Part shown: positions 49,277 through 58,698 of the stretch, one piece after another
Layout of the letters: the number at the start of each line of letters is the position of its first letter
How positions within the stretch are numbered: position 1 is the stretch's first letter
Assembly: GCA_045577735.1 (NCBI GenBank)
Contig: JAZNIY010000004.1
Location: 40,564 to 104,563 of the forward strand
Origin: Candidatus Stercoripulliclostridium sp.
GTDB taxonomy: Bacteria > Bacillota > Clostridia > Christensenellales > DTU072
Length of the DNA: 64,000 nucleotides
Reading direction: 5' to 3'
Position numbers and translations under genes: made by a program
Notes under the pieces: generated by a model
Databases searched by the model: none
Told to the model about the DNA's origin: nothing
What the model saw: the letters and a program-made list of their open reading frames with translations, nothing else

Positions 49277-49973
49277 AAGGTTTTACGGATCTAAATTAGG
49301 AAACAGCATACTCCTCGTTGATAGAGAGTTTTTTCATTGTGTAAAAGTAACCCGTCACAAAACGGGTTATTCACTTATTTGTTGTGTTGGTGATGGAAAA
49401 GATTATTTTTGCACAATTGAAAAGATTACTAGTGACACCGTATATTGTTCAATAGACGAAACAAAGGTAAATGAAAGCGAAACCAGATCTAAATTGGTAC
49501 TTTGTCAGGCTCTTTGTAAAGAATTTGATTTTGTTGTTCAAAAAGCCGTTGAGCTAGGGGTTACGGATATCGTCCCTTATATCTCAGAAAGAACGAACAC
49601 GAAAAAATATTCAGAGGAGCGGGTGGAGAGCATTATACTGGACGCAGCAAAACAGTGTGGTAGGGCGGTATTACCAAACGTCCATGAATTAAAGACCTTT
49701 GATGAAGTTATTAATGCTTTTAAAGCTGAGGATAATAGGATTTTTTGCTATGAAAATGAACGTGATTTTTCGATAGATAAAGCTATAATAAATGCCGAAG
49801 GTTCCACGGTTATTATAATAGGTAGTGAAGGGGGCTTTACCGAAGAGGAAGTGCTAAAAGCTAAGAAAAGTGGTTATTGTATTGTTACTTTAGGAAGGAG
49901 AATACTACGTGTGGAAACCGCTGCAATTACTTCTTTAGTTCTTGCTTTAAATGCTCTTGGTGATATATGTTAA
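49266..49973 (+). CDS. rsmE: 16S rRNA (uracil1498-N3)-methyltransferase
   Basis: It shows the RsmE pattern (FHCVKVTRHKTG; LCQALCKEFDFVVQKAVELGV; IGSEGGFTEEE). Its position between prmA and mtaB is conserved. Confidence 0.88.
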   Translation: MELKRFYGSKLGNSILLVDREFFHCVKVTRHKTGYSLICCVGDGKDYFCTIEKITSDTVYCSIDETKVNESETRSKLVLCQALCKEFDFVVQKAVELGVTDIVPYISERTNTKKYSEERVESIILDAAKQCGRAVLPNVHELKTFDEVINAFKAEDNRIFCYENERDFSIDKAIINAEGSTVIIIGSEGGFTEEEVLKAKKSGYCIVTLGRRILRVETAAITSLVLALNALGDIC

Positions 49974-51214
49974 AGGCTGTTGTTTTTAATTTAGGATGCA
50001 AAGTCAATCAATATGAATGTGATGTATTGGTGTCTGAACTTGAAGAAAAGGGTTACCAAACATCGCAGGATTTGGTTTATGCTGATTTATACGTAGTTAA
50101 TACTTGTGCGGTTACTAACGAGGCTGAAAGGAAATCAAGACAAATTATTTCTAGAATTAAAAAGCTAAACAATAATGCCAAAATTATTATCACAGGATGT
50201 GCATCTCAAAAGAATAAAGAATTCTATTTGCGAAATGATGTTTTGTACGTAAGTGGTGTTGGTGGTAAGCAAAAAATATTTGAGGAAATAGATCGCTCAC
50301 TTTCGCAAAGTTTATTTGAACTTCCAACGCAATACGAGGAGCCTAATGCTTTGCCTAGAACGTATCGCACGAGGTCATACGTAAAAATTCAAGATGGATG
50401 TAACAATTTTTGCTCATATTGCATAATACCTTACTTGAGAGGAAGATCTCGTTCTCGTTTAATTTCGAATTGCGTGAATGAAATTAACAATATTTCAAAA
50501 AATACTAGAGAAATTGTTATTACCGGGGTAAACCTTGCTCAATATGGTATTGATAATGACGAAAGCTTACCTCAATTGATTAGGGAATTGGCCGACGTTG
50601 ACGTAAGAATACGATTAGGTTCATTTTACGTAGAAGGAATAAATGATGAACTTTTGTCTGCACTAAAAGGACTTCGGCATTTTTGTCCACATTTTCATTT
50701 GTCATTACAACATGGTGATGAAGGTGTATTAAAGTCTATGAACCGTCATTATGGTCCCCAAGAATATATTGATAAGGTAGCTTTGATAAGAAAATATTTC
50801 CCGCTAGCAGCAATCACTACCGATATTATCGTTGGCTATCCCACAGAAACTGAAGACGCATTTGAAAATACTTTAAAATTTGTGCGAGACGTGCAGTTTT
50901 CTGACATTCATATATTCCCTTTTTCACCCCGACCTGGAACAAAAGCATTTGGATTGACCACAATTCCATCGGAAGTTATCAAAGAAAGGAAAGACAAACT
51001 AAGAATAATTAAAGAAAAATTAAATAAAAATTATTTAATTTTAATGTTAAATTCATATCAAGATGTTATTTTTGAAACGTATTTTGACGATTATGCAGTA
51101 GGATATAGTCAATATTACGTTAGAGTATACGCTAAAACAACAAAAGAACAAGCAATTATTAAGCCGTCAGTTTTATTTAAAGATGGCATTAGAGGAGAGA
51201 TTAAAGATGAATGA
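49967..51214 (+). CDS. mtaB: tRNA (N6-threonylcarbamoyladenosine37) methylthiotransferase MtaB
   Basis: It has an N-terminal NLGCKVNQYE and NTCAVT, the radical SAM motif GCNNFCSYCIIP, and a TRAM-like C-terminus. Confidence 0.9.
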   Translation: MLKAVVFNLGCKVNQYECDVLVSELEEKGYQTSQDLVYADLYVVNTCAVTNEAERKSRQIISRIKKLNNNAKIIITGCASQKNKEFYLRNDVLYVSGVGGKQKIFEEIDRSLSQSLFELPTQYEEPNALPRTYRTRSYVKIQDGCNNFCSYCIIPYLRGRSRSRLISNCVNEINNISKNTREIVITGVNLAQYGIDNDESLPQLIRELADVDVRIRLGSFYVEGINDELLSALKGLRHFCPHFHLSLQHGDEGVLKSMNRHYGPQEYIDKVALIRKYFPLAAITTDIIVGYPTETEDAFENTLKFVRDVQFSDIHIFPFSPRPGTKAFGLTTIPSEVIKERKDKLRIIKEKLNKNYLILMLNSYQDVIFETYFDDYAVGYSQYYVRVYAKTTKEQAIIKPSVLFKDGIRGEIKDE

Positions 51215-51548
51215 TTGTATTTTTTGTAAAATTGCAAATGGAATAATTCCTTCCAAAAAGTTTTATGAAGATGATGATATGGTTATTATCGCAGATATAA
51301 ATCCACAAGCAGAAAAACATTATTTGCTTTTGCCTAAGCGTCATTATGCAAATATAATTGAAATGAGTGAAGAAGAGGCATTAATCCTTGGAAAATGCTT
51401 AAAAACTCTTTCTACTCTTGTAGATGATTTGGGTTTGCAAGACGGATTCCGTTTGGTGTCAAACAAGGGAGAGAACGGATGTCAGTCAGTTGGGCACCTC
51501 CATATTCATATTCTTGGCGGGCAAAAATTATCTGATAAGATGGCATAA
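51207..51548 (+). CDS. HIT-family (histidine triad) nucleotide hydrolase
   Basis: It has CIFCKI and the GHLHIHILGG histidine triad. The ATG at 51207 follows a GAGGAGAG RBS. Confidence 0.9.
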   Translation: MNDCIFCKIANGIIPSKKFYEDDDMVIIADINPQAEKHYLLLPKRHYANIIEMSEEEALILGKCLKTLSTLVDDLGLQDGFRLVSNKGENGCQSVGHLHIHILGGQKLSDKMA

Positions 51549-51563
51549 AGAAGGATATTTGGT

Positions 51564-54347
51564 ATGTTAAAACTTAAAAATGTTACAAAAATTTATCAAA
51601 TGGGTGAGTATCAAGTAAACGCACTTCGTGGCGTTACTTTGGCATTTAGAGAAAGTGAATTTGTTTCCATAATAGGTGCATCTGGTTGTGGTAAATCTAC
51701 CATGTTAAATATTATTGGTGGATTAGATAGATATACGACAGGTGATTTAATAATAGGTGATACGTCTACAAAAGATTTTAGTTCTGAACAATGGGATGCA
51801 TACAGAAACGCTACCATCGGTTTTGTTTTCCAAAACTACAACCTTATACCACACCTAACCGTTCTTGAGAACGTTGCTCTTGCGCTTAGTCTTTCCGGAG
51901 TAAGTAAGCTTGAACGCAATAAGCGTGCGGCTGAAGCACTTGATAAGGTTGGTATGGGCGCTGAATTAAGAAAAAAGCCATCTCAACTAAGCGGTGGACA
52001 AATGCAACGTGTTGCAATTGCTCGTGCTCTTGTTAATAATCCTAAAATTGTACTAGCAGACGAGCCTACCGGTGCATTGGATTCAGAACTTTCAATTCAA
52101 GTCATGAACGTTTTAAAAGAAGTTGCCCAAGATCGACTTGTTATTATGGTTACTCATAATAATGAGTTGGCTGATACGTATTCAACTCGTATTATTAAAC
52201 TTAACGATGGATTGGTTGAACGTGACACTAATCCTTATGACTGGGAGTTAATGGAAGAAGAGGGGCTTGAATATGTATGTGCTGGGAAAGAGCAAGTAGA
52301 GGGTTCTAATAATTTGAATGATGCTATTTCTAATAATGAGAGCTCTGACTGTTCCAAAGAAGAAAAGCAAAAAGATAATCTACTCAAGAAGTTGAATTTC
52401 TTAAATTCACTTGGAATTGGTGGAAAAATCAAGGGTAAAAAGAGTCCGTTTAAAGCAACCTCTATGAAAGCCAAAACAGCTTTCCAACTTTCTTTAAAGA
52501 ACCTTATAACCAAAAAACGTCGTACTTTCCTTACTTCTTTTGCCGGAAGTATTGGTATTATAAGTTTGGCTTTAGTTCTATCGATGTCAAATGGTGTTAA
52601 CGTTTACGTAGATAATATGCAAACGTCGATTTTGGCATCTGTTCCAATGGGAATATATGAATATTCTATGGACTATTCAGTTTTAGAAAAGTTGTTCGGA
52701 GCTATGGAAAGCGCAGCGACGGGTGAAATAGAAAATCCTAATATTAATAGTAACGTTTCTGCATTTCCCAATGATAAAGAAATATATATTGACGATGGTT
52801 CCAAGTCCTCAACCGATTCAATGAGCAGTATGATAAATGGCTTAATATCGCAAGTAGCTACTTCAATCGGTAAAAATGCTATTACGGATGAATACGTTCA
52901 ATATATTAAGAACATGGATAGCGATTGGTACAAAGCAATACAAAGCTATTACGGTGTTCAAATGAATATTATTTCTAAGAAGCAAAATAACGATGGTACA
53001 GGATATGAATATCGTGACGTATCCCCTAAAACAAAAGTAACACATGCGATGAATATTGCAATGCAAGTTTTGGGTGGGAATGGTCTTGAACCCAATAATT
53101 GGTATCAATTAGCAGGTGGAGATGAATTTGTAGGCGAATATTATGACGTTATAGGTGGTAGATATCCTACGGCATATAACGAAATCGTTATGGTTGTTGA
53201 TACATATAATAATATATCTATCACCGCACTTGAGCAATTTGGTGTTGACGTTTATCAAAGAAATGATGATGGTTCAGTAATACTAGATGACAAAGGCAAA
53301 CCCAAGTACGTACAAAGCATATCATTTGAAGATATTTTGGCTCAAGAATTCAAGTTAATCTATAACAATGATTACTATACTAAAGGAGCGGATGATTTCT
53401 ATACTATTAATCAACCAAGTGCTGATTTGTATGAAAAAGGTGAAACGTTAAAAGTAGTTGGTATCTTGAGAATGAAGCCAAATTCTATGGTTTCTTTCTT
53501 CGGATCATCTTTCTGCTATACAAGTGCGTTAGGTCAACACGTATTAAATAATGCTAAGAATTCTGACGTTACTATAGCACAAAAACAATCCATAGAAAGT
53601 GGTTCCGATGTTGTTGTAATTAAAGATTATAAATTCAATGGTGAGACAATTACCAACATACCTAAAGATACTGACATAGACAATAAGAACACTAATTCTT
53701 TCCAAATAATGGTTAATATGATGGGATTTATGACAGATGGTCTTAAAGGTACCAGTTTTAAGAAGTCCTTAGGTATTGATGAGACTCCTGTTTACATGTA
53801 CGTCTATCCTTCTGATTTTAATTCTAAAAAGGCAATTAATAACTATTTGGATGATTGGAACGAATCACATGGAGAAGAGGAAATTGTAGAGTATTTCGAT
53901 ATTTCGGAAATGTTCATTCAAACGGTTAGAAGCGTTATAGATTTAATGACGTATATTCTCATCGCAGTTGCTTCTATTTCGTTAATTGTTTCCTGTGTAA
54001 TGATTTCTATAGTAACTTCTAACTCGGTCGTTGAAAGGACAAGAGAGATAGGTATTCTACGAAGTTTGGGCGCAAGAAAGAAAGATATATCAAGAGTTTT
54101 TGATGCTGAAACTGCGATTATAGGATCCTTTAGTGGCGTTTTAGGCGTTGGGATAGCGTATGCATTAATACCTTTAATTAATCTAATAATTGGCAACGCT
54201 TCTGGTGTATATTCCTTGCTTAATTTGAACCCAATTCATGCCGTAGCTCTTGTCGTGCTAAGTCTTGGTCTTACGATTTTGAGTGGATTGATACCAAGTC
54301 AGTCTGCCGCACGTAAGAATATGGTAGATGCTTTAAGAATTGAATAA
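51564..54347 (+). CDS. Fused MacB-type ABC transporter (N-terminal ATPase plus FtsX-family permease with a very large extracytoplasmic domain)
   Basis: It has Walker A GASGCGKST, the signature LSGGQMQR, Walker B LADEPTGALD and a Q-loop. TM1 lies near aa 321-341, followed by a hydrophilic region of about 450 aa. The C-terminus is a three-TM FtsX module (ERTREIGILRSLGARKKDI). Confidence 0.85.
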   Translation: MLKLKNVTKIYQMGEYQVNALRGVTLAFRESEFVSIIGASGCGKSTMLNIIGGLDRYTTGDLIIGDTSTKDFSSEQWDAYRNATIGFVFQNYNLIPHLTVLENVALALSLSGVSKLERNKRAAEALDKVGMGAELRKKPSQLSGGQMQRVAIARALVNNPKIVLADEPTGALDSELSIQVMNVLKEVAQDRLVIMVTHNNELADTYSTRIIKLNDGLVERDTNPYDWELMEEEGLEYVCAGKEQVEGSNNLNDAISNNESSDCSKEEKQKDNLLKKLNFLNSLGIGGKIKGKKSPFKATSMKAKTAFQLSLKNLITKKRRTFLTSFAGSIGIISLALVLSMSNGVNVYVDNMQTSILASVPMGIYEYSMDYSVLEKLFGAMESAATGEIENPNINSNVSAFPNDKEIYIDDGSKSSTDSMSSMINGLISQVATSIGKNAITDEYVQYIKNMDSDWYKAIQSYYGVQMNIISKKQNNDGTGYEYRDVSPKTKVTHAMNIAMQVLGGNGLEPNNWYQLAGGDEFVGEYYDVIGGRYPTAYNEIVMVVDTYNNISITALEQFGVDVYQRNDDGSVILDDKGKPKYVQSISFEDILAQEFKLIYNNDYYTKGADDFYTINQPSADLYEKGETLKVVGILRMKPNSMVSFFGSSFCYTSALGQHVLNNAKNSDVTIAQKQSIESGSDVVVIKDYKFNGETITNIPKDTDIDNKNTNSFQIMVNMMGFMTDGLKGTSFKKSLGIDETPVYMYVYPSDFNSKKAINNYLDDWNESHGEEEIVEYFDISEMFIQTVRSVIDLMTYILIAVASISLIVSCVMISIVTSNSVVERTREIGILRSLGARKKDISRVFDAETAIIGSFSGVLGVGIAYALIPLINLIIGNASGVYSLLNLNPIHAVALVVLSLGLTILSGLIPSQSAARKNMVDALRIE

Positions 54348-54352
54348 AAAAT

Positions 54353-54381
54353 AGCGACCTTAATAGGGTCGCTGTTTTTTT
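54353..54381 (+). terminator. Intrinsic terminator after the ABC transporter gene
   Basis: AGCGACC / GGTCGCT stem with a 7-nt loop, followed by T7. Confidence 0.8.
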
Positions 54382-54390
54382 GCGTTGAAG

Positions 54391-54420
54391 AAAAAAAGCA
54401 TCGAATAAACGATGCTTTTT
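54391..54420 (-). terminator. Intrinsic terminator of rpsU (A-tract/T-tract flanked, potentially bidirectional)
   Basis: AGCATCG / CGATGCT stem with a 6-nt loop. A7 lies on the + side (T7 for the minus-strand transcript) and T5 on the other side. Confidence 0.75.
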
Positions 54421-54430
54421 CTATTAATAA

Positions 54431-54607
54431 CTATTTGTACATTCTCTTACGTGCAGCTTCAGCTTTCTTTTTACGGCGTACGCTGGGTTTTTCGTAAGCT
54501 TCTTTACGACGAAGGTCACCGATAATGCCGTCGTTAGCACACTTTTTCTTCCATCTACGGATAGCGGAATCTAGGTTTTCATTTTCCTTTACGATAACAG
54601 TTGACAT
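54431..54607 (-). CDS. rpsU: 30S ribosomal protein S21
   Basis: The product is [22 protein letters not shown]...RRKKK. The ATG at 54607 lies 6 nt after GGAGGTG. The track start at 54616 is a GTG inside that SD. Confidence 0.93.
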   Translation of the reverse strand: MSTVIVKENENLDSAIRRWKKKCANDGIIGDLRRKEAYEKPSVRRKKKAEAARKRMYK

Positions 54608-54641
54608 TAATTTCACCTCCTCGTTTATTTTTTCTTTGAAT

Positions 54642-54670
54642 ATAATACAAGATTATGATTTTTTTGTCAA
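54642..54670 (-). promoter_or_regulatory. Sigma-A promoter for rpsU (minus strand)
   Basis: On the minus strand: TTGACA (complement of 54665-54670), a 17-nt spacer, then TATTAT (complement of 54642-54647), about 30 nt upstream of the rpsU SD. Confidence 0.65.
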
Positions 54671-54790
54671 TCAATAATCATTAAAAATTATTTCCAATGT
54701 CTACTTTTGTTGTATTTTGTCAATAAGATAGTTTATCAAATTAATTGTTTTATAATGTTAGTGAACATTTTATATTTTGAGGAGTACGTT

Positions 54791-55123
54791 ATGGAAAGAA
54801 AATCTCGAAATCAAATACTTCGTGAAGTAAGAGAAAGAATAACTAGTGGCAATTATGCAGAAATTCAAAAACTGCGCTCTATTAGTAGTACCGATACAAT
54901 TGTTATATTGGGAGATAAACGATTGGATGAGAAAGATATTTTTGACTATTATGAAAAAGTGTTAGACCTTGTAACAGATGAAGAAAGCGAACTTTGTGCA
55001 TTGGGTAAATTAGTCAATATAGAAAGTTTTGATATTATGGACGAGGATGCAAAACAAAGATATATTCTAAATCTATCAAAACTGTATTTGTCGCTGAAAG
55101 AAGATATAAAAAGCAAAAAATAA
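54791..55123 (+). CDS. Hypothetical acidic 110-aa protein (no family recognised)
   Basis: The ATG at 54791 lies 7 nt after GAGGAG. The track's 5' extension is hydrophobic and AT-rich and looks like noise. The ORF is intact, with plausible codon usage. Confidence 0.6.
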   Translation: MERKSRNQILREVRERITSGNYAEIQKLRSISSTDTIVILGDKRLDEKDIFDYYEKVLDLVTDEESELCALGKLVNIESFDIMDEDAKQRYILNLSKLYLSLKEDIKSKK

Positions 55124-55224
55124 TCTAATTAAAATTTATTATATTTAATATAATATATTTTGTAGGAATTTCTAATATTGCTTCGTATTATTAGAAGACT
55201 AAAATTTTTACGAATAGAGGAAAA

Positions 55225-56964
55225 ATGCCTAGATTTCCAGAAAAATGGCTGGATGAGTTAAAATCCAAAATAGATATTGTTTCAATCCTTGGAAAATTTA
55301 TGTATCTCCAAAGGAAAGGTAATAAATATTGGGCTTGCTGTCCTTTTCATAATGAAAAGACAGCTTCTTTTTGCGTAAACTCGGACGATCAATATTATCA
55401 TTGTTTTGGTTGTGGTAAAAGTGGAAACGTCATTACTTTTTTGACGGAACATGAACGTATGTCGTATTCTGAAGCAATAGAATATCTGGCTAAAGAATAT
55501 AATATGGAAGTTCCTGAAAGTACAGATCCTGAATTCGTAGAGAGAAAAGTCAAGAATGATAAATTGATTGCTGCAAATAAGGCTGCTGCCAGGTATTTTT
55601 ATTCAAATCTTTCTAAACCGGAAGCACAAGAGGCTCTTGCTTACATGGACAAGCGTAACATTCGCAGTGATACAAGAGTTACTTTTGGAATGGGATATTC
55701 TATTGATGGCTATGGTCTGTTAAAAACTTTGTCCGCACAAGGTTTTGCTAAACAAACATTAATCCTTGCTGGTTTAATTAATGAAGACGGCTATGATCCT
55801 TTGGCTAAAAGACTAATTGTTCCTATAATAAACGCTAAAGGACAAGTAATTGGTTTTGGTGGTAGGACCTTAATTAAGGATGCCAAACCAAAGTATCGTA
55901 ATACTAAAGCAACGACTATTTTTGATAAACGCAAAAATCTATATAACATTAATCTATTTAAGAGAACTCTCGCGGAGGAAAAACATACTTCCATTATTTT
56001 GATGGAGGGATATATGGACGTTATTAGCTTGTATCAAGCGGGAATACATAACGTTGTTGCCTCTATGGGTACTTCATTAACAATAGAGCAATGTAATGAA
56101 ATACGCAAATACGTAAGTAAAGTTTACGTCTGTTTTGATGGCGACACTGCAGGTCAAACGGCAACTTGGCGTTCTCTTGATATGCTAGCAAGTGTTAACT
56201 TGGAAGTTCGTGTTATGAGTATGCCACAAGGACTAGATCCCGATGATTGCATCAATAAATACGGGGTAGAAGGTTTTAACAAATTTATTTCCGACGCCTT
56301 ACCGTTGACCGAATTTAAAATTCGTTCGCTTCAATCGAGATGTGATACGTCTACGCTTGAAGGAAAGGAAAAGTTTGCTTTGTCGACAATTCCAGTTCTA
56401 GCATCACTTGAGCCTGTATCTAGAGAAGCATATGCAAAATTAGTTTCTCAAATTAGTGATTTGAGTGTTGATAGTTTAATTACCCAAGTTACTAAGTATT
56501 TGAGTGGTGAAACTATAGATAAACCACAACAAAACGTAGAGAAGAAGACAGAAAAAGTATCCAGTGCAAACATTAAAATGTGCAGATTTGTTCTTGCGTC
56601 TATGGTGGAACTCAAAAGCTATGTATATGCAAAAGATCTTAATGAAGACATATTCGAAAATGAAGTCCATAAAAAGGTATATCGTTACTTAGTATCTCGT
56701 ATGGAGGCAAAAATACCACCTAAAAAAGGCGATTTGTATGATATCGATCTAGACGAAAAAGAGGAAATAGATGCTATTTTAGAATCTTTATACAATGTAC
56801 AAACAGATTTACAAGCTGAACACTACAAGGCGTGTATGGAAAAGCTACTTCAAGGAGCAAAGCAAAATAAAATAAATTCTTTATTCCTAGAATTAAAAAC
56901 GGCTCCTGAAGAGAAGCAAAAGGAAATTAAAGAAGAAATAAGAATTTTATTATTGAATAAATAA
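55225..56964 (+). CDS. dnaG: DNA primase
   Basis: It has the zinc finger CCPFHNEKTASF..CFGCG, the Toprim motifs EGYMDVISL and DGDTAG, and a helicase-interaction C-terminus. Confidence 0.95.
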   Translation: MPRFPEKWLDELKSKIDIVSILGKFMYLQRKGNKYWACCPFHNEKTASFCVNSDDQYYHCFGCGKSGNVITFLTEHERMSYSEAIEYLAKEYNMEVPESTDPEFVERKVKNDKLIAANKAAARYFYSNLSKPEAQEALAYMDKRNIRSDTRVTFGMGYSIDGYGLLKTLSAQGFAKQTLILAGLINEDGYDPLAKRLIVPIINAKGQVIGFGGRTLIKDAKPKYRNTKATTIFDKRKNLYNINLFKRTLAEEKHTSIILMEGYMDVISLYQAGIHNVVASMGTSLTIEQCNEIRKYVSKVYVCFDGDTAGQTATWRSLDMLASVNLEVRVMSMPQGLDPDDCINKYGVEGFNKFISDALPLTEFKIRSLQSRCDTSTLEGKEKFALSTIPVLASLEPVSREAYAKLVSQISDLSVDSLITQVTKYLSGETIDKPQQNVEKKTEKVSSANIKMCRFVLASMVELKSYVYAKDLNEDIFENEVHKKVYRYLVSRMEAKIPPKKGDLYDIDLDEKEEIDAILESLYNVQTDLQAEHYKACMEKLLQGAKQNKINSLFLELKTAPEEKQKEIKEEIRILLLNK

Positions 56965-56989
56965 CCAACCCACAAAGGAGGATGCATAA

Positions 56990-58057
56990 GTGTCTGAAAG
57001 AGAATCAAAGCTCAAGGCAGAGGTGCAAAAAATCATTGATTCCTACAAGGGAAAAAATGTTAAAAGTGTCAATGAAGACGAATTACTAAATAAGCTTGAA
57101 AAGCTTGCTTTAGAACCACAAGATATTGAAAATATCTACAAGGAACTAGAACAAAATGGTATATCCATTAGTGACCAATCGAGCCTTAAAAACGATCAAC
57201 TTCTCCAAAAGATTATGAGCGAAGTCAATATTGATGACTCCGTTAAAATGTATCTTAAAGATATTGGTAGGTATCCCTTGCTTACCGCAGAAGAGGAATT
57301 GGCCTATGCAAAAAGCATGGTAGAAGGTGACGTTCAAGCGAAAGAAAAGCTTATTAATGCAAACTTGCGTCTTGTAGTTAGTATTGCAAAAAGATACGTT
57401 GGAAGAGGAATGGCATTCTTGGACCTCATACAAGAAGGTAATTTAGGTTTGATGAAAGCCGTTGATAAATTTGATTATACAAAAGGATTCAAATTTTCAA
57501 CCTATGCAACGTGGTGGATTAGGCAAGCAATAACTCGTTCAATTGCTGACCAAGCACGTACTATTAGAATTCCCGTTCATATGGTTGAGACTATTAATAA
57601 GCTTATTAAGGTTTCTCGTTCTTTGCTACAAACTCTTGGTAGAGAACCTACGTCGGAAGAAATTGCAGAAGCCATGGGTATTTCTGAAGCTCGTGTAATA
57701 GAAATTCAAAAAATAGCACAAGATCCCGTATCTTTAGAAACTCCTATCGGTGAAGAAGACGATAGTCATCTTGGAGATTTTATTGAAGATACTTCTGCAA
57801 CAGCGCCAATTGACGCAGCTGAAGCCAATATGCTTAAAGAGCAAGTAAATGAAATTTTAGGAACGTTGGCTCCTCGTGAAGCTATGGTTCTAATTTTAAG
57901 ATATGGTCTTCGCGATGGTCGTCCTAGAACCCTTGAAGAGGTTGGTAAAGTATTTAACGTTACCCGTGAACGTATCCGTCAAATTGAGGCAAAGGCTTTA
58001 AGAAGACTAAAACATCCAAATAAAACCAAGAAATTGCGTGATTTTTTAGATAAATAA
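56990..58057 (+). CDS. sigA: RNA polymerase primary sigma factor (SigA/RpoD)
   Basis: It starts at a GTG after AAAGGAGG. It shows region 2 ([32 protein letters not shown]) and region 4 ([20 protein letters not shown]). Confidence 0.97.
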   Translation: MSERESKLKAEVQKIIDSYKGKNVKSVNEDELLNKLEKLALEPQDIENIYKELEQNGISISDQSSLKNDQLLQKIMSEVNIDDSVKMYLKDIGRYPLLTAEEELAYAKSMVEGDVQAKEKLINANLRLVVSIAKRYVGRGMAFLDLIQEGNLGLMKAVDKFDYTKGFKFSTYATWWIRQAITRSIADQARTIRIPVHMVETINKLIKVSRSLLQTLGREPTSEEIAEAMGISEARVIEIQKIAQDPVSLETPIGEEDDSHLGDFIEDTSATAPIDAAEANMLKEQVNEILGTLAPREAMVLILRYGLRDGRPRTLEEVGKVFNVTRERIRQIEAKALRRLKHPNKTKKLRDFLDK

Positions 58058-58059
58058 TC

Positions 58060-58698
58060 GTGATTAAACTAGATAAAAGACTCTCTTCTATTTTAAGTGA
58101 AATTAGTGGCAAGGTGTTGGCTGATATTGGGTGTGACCATGGAAAATTATTGGCAGTAGCCTTGCTTGATGGAAGATGCTTAAAAGCTATTGCTGGGGAT
58201 ATTAGTGCAGAAAGTTTAAGTAAGACAATTTCACTTGCAAAAGAACTTGGTCTAGAAGATAGAATAGAGTTTAGGGTTAGCAACGGCTTTGAAAAGATTG
58301 GTGAAAACTTAGATACTGCTGTAATTGCAGGACTTGGTGGATATGAAATAAGAGATATTTTATCTCAACAATTGCCTGAAATTAAAAGATTAGTGCTTTG
58401 TCCTCATCAAAATGCCATGATAGCAAGGCGTGCCTTAAACCAAATTGGATACGGAGCAATAAAAGATTACGTTATCAAAGAAGGACGTAAATATTATCAA
58501 ATAATTGTTGCTGAAAAAGGATTTGAAGCGTATAAATCCGAAGAATTGCGTTTTGGCAAAAATACGCCATCTTGCGATGATTATTATGATATGCTAAAGA
58601 GTAGAAAAAGTGTTATTGAAAATCGTTTTTTAGGTAAAAGGATTCCTAAAGGCGAAATGGAAGATGAATATCAGGAGATATTGAGATGCCTAAAATAA
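58060..58698 (+). CDS. trmK: tRNA (adenine22-N1)-methyltransferase
   Basis: The product has LDKRLSSI..LADIGCDHGKL and AGLGG. It holds the conserved position after sigA (the B. subtilis yqfN equivalent) and has a GTG start. Confidence 0.85.
   Translation: MIKLDKRLSSILSEISGKVLADIGCDHGKLLAVALLDGRCLKAIAGDISAESLSKTISLAKELGLEDRIEFRVSNGFEKIGENLDTAVIAGLGGYEIRDILSQQLPEIKRLVLCPHQNAMIARRALNQIGYGAIKDYVIKEGRKYYQIIVAEKGFEAYKSEELRFGKNTPSCDDYYDMLKSRKSVIENRFLGKRIPKGEMEDEYQEILRCLK

Noticed and set aside
55170-55196. The hairpin TTCTAATA-N11-TATTAGAA upstream of dnaG, considered as a terminator or attenuator.
   Set aside because: It has only 8 A/T-rich base pairs, no T-tract and low predicted stability. It is mentioned under the orphan ORF finding but is not supportable as a feature on its own.
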